Source: Octopus vulgaris
Lineage: Eukaryota
Reading direction: 5' to 3'
DNA length: 64,000 nucleotides
NCBI GenBank assembly: GCA_951406725.2
Contig: OX597821.1
Coordinates: 54,808,001-54,872,000, forward strand
The notes under the pieces are model-generated. The model saw only the letters and a list, made by a program, of their open reading frames with translations. It was not told the DNA's origin and did not search any database. Each line of letters starts with the position of its first letter. Position 1 is the stretch's first letter. Both the position numbers and the translations under genes were made by a program. Shown in pieces: positions 52,359 to 64,000 of this stretch.

Positions 52359-52618
52359 TATATATATATATATATATATATATAAAGGATAAGATCGTTA
52401 ATTTAAATTAAATAACGATCTTATCATGTGGCCAGCATGGAAATAAAAACCTTCAAAGGTAATAATTATTATTAAAATTATAACTTAGGGTATCTACGAG
52501 ATACTACCATGCTGAAAATAGCAGCCAGGATCTGACTCTAAGCCCACATTAAGTGTTCATATAGCACAAGGAGAGAAGACAAAAAGACAAAATAAAACTA
52601 GCAAAAAATGACTGGATA

Positions 52619-52678
52619 ATTCCAGATCCCAGATTTCTGGCTTTGTTATTTAGAAATGCTTTGCCTCATCAGTGGAAT
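52619..52678 (-). ncRNA. Type I hammerhead ribozyme motif (one extra A before GAAA)
   Basis: Minus strand auucca-CUGAUGA-GGC(21 nt)GCC-a-GAAAUC-ugg-GAUC-uggaau: helix I 6 bp, helix III 3 bp, AUC triplet. It lies in a ~300-bp module whose other end is the 13-bp inverted repeat gataagatcgtta/taacgatcttatc (52388-52425). Confidence 0.7.
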
Positions 52679-52844
52679 ATACGTAGAAAGAAACATAAAT
52701 ACATATATATATATATATGTATATATACATACAACATACAAATACTTACATATATGAACGTATACATACATATATATGCACGTATGCAACAGGACCAGTT
52801 TAAAATGCCCGCTTCTTAATTCCATATGTGATATGGTTAAAACA

Positions 52845-53110
52845 TCACGTCAGTAAACAACATCGCTGATGGTATGGCACCAAGCAACATGGTCAGCCGT
52901 CAGAGTGGACCACTCATGATAATCAATGTCACAAATATTAAGGGACTGCTTCAGGCAGTCCTTGTAATGCTTCCTTGGTGCCCCACTGTTGCAGTGGCTG
53001 GTGGTGAGCTCACCGAACATGATAATCTTGGGTAGGCAGTGGTCTTTCATCCTGTCAACATGCCCTGTCCAATGCAGTCATGTCTTAAGTAGAACACCTT
53101 CCAGGCCGGT
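52845..53110 (-). pseudogene. RTE-clade LINE ORF C-terminus
   Basis: HWTGHVDRMKDHCLPKIIMFGELTTSHCNSGAPRKHYKDCLKQSL...W..L..D..AW. Confidence 0.85.
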
Positions 53111-53638
53111 GCCCTTTGCTCAATCTAGGGATTTAACATAGCCGTTTCCCTTCAGAATCTTGTTTCCTTTTCTGTTGCCAAAAATTTTGCTTTTTGTAAG
53201 TTTACTTAGAATTCTTACAATTCAAGACATTAATTCCAAAGTTGAAATTTCCCCCACAATCCTTCAATATATTCAGCCATGAAAACTAGTCATTGGCATA
53301 CAGACGTTCTCACAAACAATTATCTTAAACTCTTCTGATAGAGCCTGGAGAACCTATGTATATATTTGTGTGCATATATGTAAGATTGTATGCATTCATA
53401 CATGTATCTAAGAATCTATGTATGTAACTATCAATGCATATATTGATATATATATATATCAATGCATATATGGGTCTATGTATATTAAATTAATACAGAT
53501 CAGTTAATGTTACCTACAGGAAAAGGAAGCAGACCTTCTGGAGATATCAGCTGTGAATGAATGACATTCTATCCTGGGGTAATTGTATCAACTATATACA
53601 TATTTAACAGTATAAAAGTGGAACTAAAATCCATTTAT

Positions 53639-53705
<67 letters not shown>

Positions 53706-54945
53706 TCACACACACATATATATATATGTATATGCACCTGCATATAGACATTCATACACACTCAACTGGTAAATAAATAGATATAGTACTTTTACATTTT
53801 CTTCTTAACATAATCAGGTTTGAGCTTGAATACAAGACTGGTGATTTTTGAATATTATTAAAAATCTAACAAGATCTTCTTAGAGGAATGATGGTTTTTG
53901 CAAAATTCTTTTCTGTTTAAGTACAATAACATGTCTGATTAGAAGTTTGAAGTCTATAAAAGTTACTTTGCTGGTACTGATAAAAAGTTTTCCAGTAAAA
54001 AAACAATCCTAACTGAAGCTATGAATTCAAAATTGAAATTTTATCTGAAATTGAGTCTCTTAATTTTGTGACATCACTTACACTTGGAAATCTATGTTTT
54101 TATTTTTGGGTCTACAGGAAGACAGACAAAAAGAATCTCTACACAAAATCAAAATAATCACAGACACAAATACATTTAAAAAATCCAATAAATTTATGAA
54201 AGTGGAACTCTATCCTGTTGTTTCTGATATCAAAAATTTTGTGAAATGTATGGTGTAAGAGACATTGCAGTTTGTTTGGACTCTTATAGAAATGTATAAC
54301 AGTGTGGCCAAGAAGTTTGCTATGCTTTGCAATGATGTTGTTTTAGATTTGATCCCTTAGTGTGGAACCATATATATAGCCTCATTACATATCTATAAAT
54401 ATTCTCATAACTGGCACTCTGTAGGTTACGACAATGAGGGTTCCAGTTGATCTGATCAACAGAATAGCCTGCACATGAAATCAATGTGCAAGTGGTTGAA
54501 CTCTCCACAGACCTTAACATAGTTCTCATTGAGTTTCAGTATGACACAGAATGTGACAAGGCTGGCCCTTTTGAAATACATGTACTACTCACCTTTGCCA
54601 GCTTAGTGGACTGGAGCAATGTGAAATAAAGTGTCTTACTCAAGGACATGGTGTGCTGCTAATAATCAAGCTCATGGCGTTATGGTCATGAGCCAAATAC
54701 TCTAACCACTAAGCCACGCGCCATCACTCTCTAGCCTCATTATATATATATATATATATTTCATCCCAGCCAAGCCTAATTGGGCTGAGCTATAATCTTT
54801 AGGCAGTTCCGTCATGCCCATCCTGTTGTTTTAGAACTAACTATATTAGTTAGTAGTTAACAGTTATTGGCTCCTTACTGAACAGTAAATTATCAATGGT
54901 ATCAGGCAAAGAAATAGTTGTCAATATTTCATAATCTGACACCTG

Positions 54946-55142
<197 letters not shown>

Positions 55143-55474
55143 TTAAAATGAGCTGATTAACCAGAGATCATTCCTAATCCAAGAGACCTATGAGAGCAGT
55201 CATGGATATTTTCATCTTTATTTCATAAATATGTAAATATGCTATCTCAAAAAACAAAAGACACATTGAATAATGTAGTCTTAGATTCTTTCTGAAAAGA
55301 TGAATAAAAACATAGAGGACAAGGCTAGAATGTACATATTTATACATCTACATTGGCACAGCGAACCTTTGGTCAAACACCAGTGTTAACTAAAATAAAT
55401 AATATGCTATAGATGTAGTAAGTTTTGAACCAATGAAACTTCAGATTAAAAGTCTGACATAAAGCTCACAACTA

Positions 55475-55886
55475 GACGCAGGAGTGAATGTGTGGTAAGT
55501 AGCTTGTTTACCAACCACATGGTTCCGGGTTCAGTCCCACTGCATGGCACCTTGGGCAAGTGTCTTCTACTATAGCCTCGGCCCGACCAAAGCCTTGTGA
55601 GTGGATTTGGCAGACGGAAACTGAAAGAAGCCCGTCGTATATATGTATATATATATATATGCGTGTGTGTGTTTGTGCATCTGTGTTTGTCCCCCTAGCA
55701 TTGCTTGACAACCGATGCTGGTGTGTTTATGTCCCCGTTACTTAGCAGTTCGGCAAAAGAGACCGATAGAATAAATACTGGGCTTACAAAAAGGAATAAG
55801 TCCCGGGGTTGAGTTGCTCGATTAAAGACAGTGCTCCAGCATGGCCGCAGTCAAATGACTGAAACAAGTAAAAGAGTAAAAGAGAG
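55475..55886 (+). mobile_element. SINE family A, full length, apparently young
   Basis: tRNA-like head (gtgtggtaagtagc..gggttcagtccc), central microsatellite, tail gaaacaagtaaaagagtaaaagag. Confidence 0.92.
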
Positions 55887-57724
55887 ACTGAGATTAGCTG
55901 TAATTCTATTCAAACCTTCTTAAAATCATAAATTATCTCCTTTATCAACAACATGTACCTTTATCTTCTACCCACTCTCATTCTTTGCTCTAATAAATTA
56001 GTATTTTCTTTCACAACAATTTAAATCTGATTTCTTCTCAAATATCCATTTCTGGAATTCTCTATCAATAAAGCATGATATAACTTGTATAACTGGTTTA
56101 ATGTTTGGAATTGTAAGCCAGCCATTTTGCCTGTTCAAAACAACACATCTGTTCCTTTAACAATACTTGTTTTATCAAGAGATATTTACTCTTGCCTTCT
56201 CTAAACATAATACTTAGTCAAAACGATACAGAAAACAAGAAGCAATTTCCTACCATCCAGTCATTCTAAATTTGCTCCACCTTCTTCTCCTCCTCCTATT
56301 GCTCTCTCACCCATAACAGCCCCTATATAAAGACAACAATTGGGAACTGCTGGCTATTCATTTCAGAGAAAACCTAGGCTTTTCATACATCTTCATTAAT
56401 GGTTTTCATAAAGCAATGTCAATTAGAAAACCTTCCTTCTTTTCCATATCAACAATGGATGCTTGCTCTAAAATGTTAAACTAAAAGTTATCTATGTTAA
56501 ACTCTTACACTGGAGGTGTGTGTGTGTGTGTCTGTACGTCTGTAAATATGTACATGTATGCATGTTTGTGTATGTGTGTGTGATTGTGTGTATAGAAATA
56601 TGCACACACAATAGGTGCAGGAATAACTTCATGGTTAAAATGTTTACTTCCTAGCCATATTGTTTCAGGTTCAATCTCACTGTGCAGTGTTTTGCGAAAG
56701 TGTCCTCTATTTAAGTGCAGGGCCAACCTTAGTCATGCATTTGAAGTTGGTTGACAGAAACCGAAAGAAATCCTTCATATATATAACAGAAGACAAAGGT
56801 TTTGTCTTTCTTACTTTTCTTTACTTTCTTTTCATTCCACTTTTTGCATCAATCTTTGCATTTTTTCTTCTCATTCTTTTATCATGTTTTCTCAAAGACC
56901 AGAATCCTGGTTTTTAAATACATCTAACGTTATGAAGTGAACATGAAAGATTGCTTGGAGATACATGACATGTTAAATAAATCTACCAAGTTAATTTATC
57001 TTAAAGCATGAAACTGTAAATAGCACTTGTAATTGTGTATATTAAATTACATTTATCACTCAATGGATGGAATACTTTTTTGCTGAGCCAACCTATAATG
57101 GAACTGTAAACCATAGAGATATGTGTGTGTATGTGTGTGTAAACAATAAAAAAAAAAAATCAGGAATGAGTAATGAATATATTTATTTAATCACTTGACA
57201 AGCTTAGGATTATGGCTATTTCAAAGTCTTCTTCAAGCAGTTATAATTTCAGTGCAGCATAAAATTATGTTTACATGTTTGCATTAATAATTATCCTGCA
57301 TATTATACAAACAATTTTATATTCACAAAGCAATGCAAATAAAGAAAGCTAGCTCATCAGATCAGCAGAACATCATGGTTACCCCCAATGATTCAACTAC
57401 TGACCATGCATATTAATGATGTGAACATAATTTCATTCTACACTGAAGTTATTACTACATGTAGAAGGCTGCAAAACAACCATTATCCAAAGAATGTCAA
57501 GTGATTAAACACATATATTCATCTCTCATGCCTCCTGACTTTTTCGGGTTTATGAACTCCTCATGAAATAATTTCATTGGTAAGATCTTCTGGATTTTAG
57601 CTACATAGACATTCCCTGTATTGGATTATTATGAGGTCCAATAGCTGAGTCCATAAGAGGAACTTTCTGTGATAGCCACTTAATTCTCTGAATTCATAAC
57701 TTATACTACAAACACACACACACA

Positions 57725-57806
<82 letters not shown>

Positions 57807-57929
57807 CATTAATGTCCATGTTCCACAAAAAAAAATAAATTGAATAGTTTGATGGGATATGATGGGTCTTTTGTATTTCGGCATTTGCTTTGGAGTGGTT
57901 TCTACAACTGGTTTTTCACTACATGGACG

Positions 57930-58610
57930 CATAAGAGATGCAGTGGAACCACAGGGTAGGTTAGCAGACAAGGTCACTTTTGTATGTGGCAGATGTGCAG
58001 GAACAATAAGCACTAGGAGCATGTGGAACTTAGACTCTCGCAAATGCCAAGGAGGCTCTCTTGAGATAGTAGATAGTTTCTGCTATTTAGGAGATCAAAT
58101 TAATAATAGTGGTGATGCTCTGTAAGTATTGTTTCTTGAATAAGAATAGGATGGAAGAAGTTCAGAGAGCTACTACCCCTGTTGGCAAAAAAAGGACTCT
58201 CTCTCAGAGTGAAAAGTAGATTGTATGAAGCTTATGCACAAATGGCTATACTCCATGGCAATGAGACATGGGCTCTGAATGCAGAGGACATGCATAGACT
58301 CGAGAGGAATGAAGGTAGTATACTCTGTTGGATTTGCAACATCAGTGTGCATGACTGACAAAGCACAATTGTGTTGAAAGAAAAATTAGACATAAGAGGA
58401 ATTAAATGTGGCATGCAGGAGAGGAGAATATGTTTGGATATGTGATGTGCATGAGTAAAGGCAACTCTATACAGTAGTGAAAGAGGGAGACTCAGAAAGA
58501 TATGAGATAAAATGGTGAGGACCGATCTTAGAATGTTAGGGTTCATGGAGGAAATGACAATGGATCGAGATGTCTGGTGACATGAGGTTCTAGAGAAGAC
58601 CTGCCCGTGT
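57930..58610 (+). pseudogene. RTE-clade LINE 3' region
   Basis: FVCGRCAG..LEIVDSFCYLGDQI..RIGWKKFRELLPLL..LSLRVKSRLYEA..LHGNETWALNAEDMHRLERNE. Confidence 0.88.
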
Positions 58611-59449
58611 CAGCAAAACTGAGTGCTAGAAGCATTGTGTCCCACCGACATGAAACAATAAACTTTTCACACACCCTACCCCAAGAAACCGAACTACATC
58701 TCACAACACTACAAACCCTGTGTGGGTGAGGATGAGGCTCTATGCTAGGAGACAAGAGGTTAAAGAGTAAGAGAAGGGAATAGAGCAGGGTTTATTTTTT
58801 TGTTGTAGAGGAGCTACACAACAACTCAGATTTAGAAGGGAGGGTGAGAATAATCAGGTGGTAATGCAAAGAAATTTATAGTGGTGATGAGGTTCCAGTG
58901 GCCCCTTCAAGGTATGAGATGAGTGGACTCAAAGGAAACTGGAATGGGGGTGGGCAGTGAAGATGATAAGAAGAGGGAAAGGGAGGTAGGCAGCAACTAT
59001 AAAGAGTAAGAAGGAATGAAGGGTGTATGTTGAGGATGGGTGGTAAGAAGTAGGAGATGACCTATGATGCGTGAGTCGAGGTGGTATATGTGTTTGTTTT
59101 CAAGTTGTACAAAGGACAGTGTATTCAATGCAGCTAGTAGAGTCAATATTGTTAAATTTGACTATTTTTCAATGACTTGAAATTTCATATCATTGAGACA
59201 TTCATCATCATCATCGTTTAATGTCCGTTCTCCATGCTAGCATGGGTTGGACGGTTCGACCGGGGATCTGGGAAGCTAGAAGGCTGCACCAGGCTCCAGT
59301 CTGATCTGGCAGTGTTTCTACAGCTGGATGCCCTTACTAATGTCATCAGATGGCATATTAACAATGATGTATTTGGAAAACATGACAGAAGCACAACTGG
59401 AATTTTGATTAGTTTTATTCATATGGATTTTAAGTAACCTCAAATATAG

Positions 59450-59700
59450 GGTGATAAATCTTGTGAAAATGTATTGATAGTAAACACATTATAAACAACA
59501 TCAACAAAAAAATTGCCCTCAGCCTTGAAACAATCAGCTATACCAATGTTATAGGCGACTAGCTTAAGAGAAAACTTTGATGCATGTTCATTTAATTCAA
59601 CATTGCAGAGTTCTACATAGAAATTTTCAACTTCTTCTCACCAAGGCATTGGTATTAGGAAAGAAACAGCACCAACAGTTATAATGGCATTGAGATGAAG
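59450..59700 (-). pseudogene. Decayed APE-type endonuclease region of a LINE
   Basis: EEVENFYVEL...GNFFVDV..FTINTF resembles the LINE endonuclease pattern E...FY..L.....NG..L......I.NT.F. Confidence 0.4.
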
Positions 59701-60100
59701 ATGCATAATATGAAATCCTTGCTTTGCAATGACTGTGTAAGTGAAAAAATAACCAATTCATTTGGTATCAATGTTGGCAGCTAGAACTGAACCAGATGGA
59801 TTTTAAAACTTAGATATACTAAAAATAATATTCAAAACACTAGACATAGAGCTGTTTAGAATTAATGTTCCTGCTGTCACACATCACATAAAACCTATAC
59901 ATGAGATTAGTATAGGAAAGAATTGGCTTAATGGTTTGGCTTTTCATATTATAGTCAAAACCAACTTAAGCTTAGTTAACTTTCAACATATAAGTGGATC
60001 AAGAGACTAATACATATCAACCATAAAAAACCAAACTAGAATCTCATGGGCATAAAGATTCTATTCACCTTCCAATATATTTTAAAAGTTTAGAAATTAT

Positions 60101-60890
60101 AGGCACAGGCGTGACTGTGTGGTAAGAAGGTTATTTTCCAACCACATGGTTCTGGGTTCTGTTCCACTTCATGGGACTGAACTTGGGCCGACCAAAGTCT
60201 TGTGAGTAAATTTGGTAAACAGAAGTCGAAAGAAGCCTGTCGTATACAAATGTATGTTTAAATTTATGTGTGTGTCTTTGTGTCTATGTTTGTCCCTCCA
60301 CCATCGATTGACAACCTATGTTGGTGTGTTTATGTGTCTGTAACTTAGTGGTCCAGCAAAAGAGACCGACAGAATAAGTACCAGGCTTATGCAGAATAAG
60401 TCTTGGGAGTCAATTTCTGTGACTGAAAGGTGGTGCTCCAGCATGGCTGAAGTCAAATGACTAAAACAAACAAAAGGATAAAAGAAAAAGAATAGGTGCA
60501 GGCATGGCAGCATGGTAAGAAGTTTGCTTCCCACCCATATGATTCTGGGTTCAGTCCTATTGCATGGCATCTCGGGCAAGTATCTCCTACTATAGCCTTG
60601 TGAGCGGATTTGCTACACGGAAACTGAGAGAAGCTCTTCATGTATACTGTATGTATGCATGTGTGTGTGTGTGTCTTTATATCTATGTTTCTCCTATACC
60701 ATTACTTGACAACTGGTGTAGGTGTGTATACATCTTTGTAACTTAGCAGTTCAACAAAAGAGAACCGATAGAACAAGTGCTAAGTTTTGAAAAAGATACT
60801 GAGATTGAATCATTTAGTTAGAATTCTTCAAAAAGTGGTGTCCCAGCATGGCTGCAGATGAATGACGGAAACAAGTAAAAGATAAAAAAT
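60101..60890 (+). mobile_element. Two family A SINEs head-to-tail (60101-60490, 60494-60890)
   Basis: Two successive heads and tails. Confidence 0.85.
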
Positions 60891-61048
60891 AAGATATTTA
60901 TACATCACCAGTTAGGGCAACTGTCAACAAAGCAATCAGCTGATAATAATAATGTACTAGAAAAATTTTGTATAAAGGATAACACAAGCTTCTAAGCAAG
61001 AGCAGCATCAAAACAAACATAAAAAAATTATGATGTCAATTGATTCAA

Positions 61049-61267
61049 CCCTTTTGTTAGCAGCCCCTGCCTGGGGTCTCCTCTGGCTCTTTGACAGAAG
61101 TTTCCTGTTTTAAAGTAATCTAAATTAAAGCCTTCCGACAACATTCCATTTTAATTTTTGCTTCAAACAGCAACTTAATAATGACAGTTTTAGTAAATTT
61201 CTACTGTTTTTCAAAATCTAATGAAACAAAAACAGTTCATTTCGTTAAAAATATGGTAATGAAGGGG
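61049..61267. mobile_element. piggyBac-like MITE
   Basis: Ends tcaa|cccttttgttagc ... ggtaatgaagggg|ttaa (CCC...GGG termini, TTAA-like target). Confidence 0.5.
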
Positions 61268-63380
61268 TTAACTTGCCCGTCAGCAATAATGTACAATCAA
61301 AATTTTGCTAGAAATGTCTTAGCCTTAATCAACAAAAAAAAAAAAAAAAGAAAAGAGTCCCTGAACAACCTCAACAATGCAGAAGTCAATTACAGCTGTA
61401 TGAAAAATGTTAGGTATGGTTGTATGGTGAAGAAGTTTGCTTTTGAACCATTTTGTTAAGAATTCAGCCACACTGCATGGATATCCTCAGCTGGTGAAAT
61501 CTGCTATAACCACAGGTTAATCAATACCATGTGAATAAAATTGGTAGATGGCATGTTATGCGTGTGTATGTGTATGTGGGACCTCCTTTGTCTCCTGGCA
61601 ACCAATGCTTTTAAACCCAGTCTACCACTGTACACACACACATTATATATATTTGCTTGTGTGTGCGTGTGTGTATGAGAGAGAGAAAGAGAGAGAGAGA
61701 GAGTATGTATAACAAATGAGCAAAAACAAGAAAAAAGCAACCCAAACAAGAGGGATAAGTTTTCACAAAGTCTCATGCTTGTAAAGAAAAAGGAAGGATA
61801 GCTAACCATAGAAAACACTTCCAATATAATTTTCTCTGGACCAAGCATAGAAAAGCAAACATCAAAATGATGATGATGTGTGTATGTAAATGTATGTGTA
61901 AGTATGTGCACATCTATGTAGCTTGGTGCTTACTTATGTTTGCACTTTGAAATTCACATGCCATAAAATCTGTAAAATACTGCCTCAGTAATGGATATGT
62001 TCAACCTACGCTAACACACAACACACACACACACACACACACATGTGCATGTTATATAAGTGCAGGCATGGGTGAATGATTAAAGGGATCACTTTGCAAC
62101 CACTTGACTTTAGGTTCAGTCCCACTGCATGGCACTTTCGTCAACAGTCCTTTACTATAACCCTGAGCTAACCAATGCCGTTTGAGTGAATTTGGTAGAT
62201 AGAAACTATGTGGAAGCCCAGCATGTGTGTATATATGTGAACGGGTGTGTATGTGTGTGTATGTGTGTGCATGTGTGTGTGCATGTGTACGTGTGTCTGT
62301 GTGTATATATATATGTGTATGTGTGTGTGTGTGTGCGTGTGTGTGTTATTTCAAATTTCGGCATGAAGTCAGCAATTTTGGAGGAAGGGTTAAGTCAATT
62401 ACATTGACCCCATTATTCAGCTGGCCCTTTATTTTATTAACCCGAAAGGGATGAACGGCAAAGCCAACCGCAACAGAATTTGAGCTACAAGACGACCAAA
62501 TGCTGCTAAGCATATTGCCCAGCATGCTAATGGTTCTGCCAGATCACTGCCTTCATATATATATGTGTGTGTATGTGTGTGTGCATGTTTACATGAACTT
62601 AAATATATATCCAGTCATAGAGTGACCAATGGTATTGCATCCATAATGTGCTTAGCTTTATAGTTAAATTGTCAGACTCTAGTAGTGGCCATGAGCATAT
62701 AACCTCTCTTCAAACTGGAGGCAAAAGACCCTCTCCAAAGAACCTCATTCTCACCCAGCCCCACCAGTCTAAAGAGAGGTTATGTGCCTGCGGCCATAGG
62801 AGTCTGACAAGTTATCTGTAAAGCTAAGCGCTTTATGAATGTGAATAACTAATTGGTTATTCTATGACCAGACATATATATGTGTGTGCACACACACACA
62901 TGTGTAAATGCACACACACACACATACACAAATATGTCTTGGTTGTATCATTTGAGAAATCTTTAGTTAAGTTTTCTATTTGTCAAATATATGGAATACA
63001 TCAGGAAGAAGATGAGAAAACGTTTCTTTGCTTCCCCATCATTGCTTACATTTAAACCTGATAATTCACACATCAGCCATGTCACGGTCTGTCATTTAAA
63101 TAATAGCAAAGAAATGTGTTTTTTATATATAAAAAAAAATTAAAAAAACAACCTTATCTTTTAATCTCCTCAGCTGAAGAAGATTCCTTCTATTGATATG
63201 AGAATCAAAGCCCCATCAGTGAGATAATAGCAACGATGACAGATGCAAAAGGTCAATACTTTAACCTCTCTCACATAATCTATAATGTTTGCTGCTAGTA
63301 GATGTCATTACGCACTGATCCTAATTATCTTTCTATACAATTAATTTCAGTGAGATGATGATGATAATAATAATAATAAC

Positions 63381-63415
<35 letters not shown>

Positions 63416-63873
63416 TGATAATGATAATGTGAATTCATTTGCTATTTTCTATACCACCCCGTTATATTCTTGCTTTTCACTATGTTGTTGTATGTAAACC
63501 ATTCAGGTTAAATAAACTTCCCACTCAACATTTCTTGTGAAAAACCACAGGCCTGATATTGATATTCAAACACAACAATGCCTACAGCTAGTGAAAGCAC
63601 ATACATTGATGATGATGATGATGATGATAATGATGATGATGTTGATCATCATCATCAATTTCATTGTCATCAGCACCACCACCACCACCACCACCAGTAT
63701 CATTGTTATTGTCTATAACATAATATCTAGTTCCTCCCTAATGCCTCTGTTCCCTCCCATCTCCATTAATAGACCACACTAATACAATCACTACTTTCAT
63801 ATCTTTGACATTTCTTTCAGGAACAAGCAATTACACACAAACATATATCCACACACAAACATATATCCATAAC

Positions 63874-63910
<37 letters not shown>

Positions 63911-64000
63911 TATATATATATCAACATCATCATTATCTGTAGCAGCTTTTAACATCAATTTTTCATGTGTTAGACTGTGTGTGTGCATATATATATATAT

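Overview
AT-rich, microsatellite-dense eukaryotic DNA. The dispersed SINE families closely resemble those I recall from Octopus genomes, so a coleoid cephalopod is inferred; no database search was run. I find no intact host protein-coding gene. Nearly all ORF-track entries are simple-repeat or SINE read-throughs. The window is mostly decayed mobile DNA: two Tx1/L1-type ORF1 (CCHC zinc-knuckle) elements, several RTE-clade LINE remnants, Penelope-like element (PLE) remnants (GIY-YIG and RT), a full-length decayed Tc1, mariner, hAT, Merlin and Helitron fragments, and four SINE families. The most unusual signal is a set of short non-coding modules carrying hammerhead-ribozyme (HHR) cores (CUGAnGA...GAAA...UH). 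One is a fully canonical type I HHR (48855-48940, minus strand). Another is a TSD-flanked ~514-bp fold-back element of two head-to-head tRNA-derived heads, each followed by a minimal PLE-type HHR (5916-6429); a deleted derivative of it lies at 48507-48613. This suggests a Pol III-driven, Penelope-mobilised ribozyme SINE/retrozyme system. There is also an exact two-template inverted insertion at 30331-30523.
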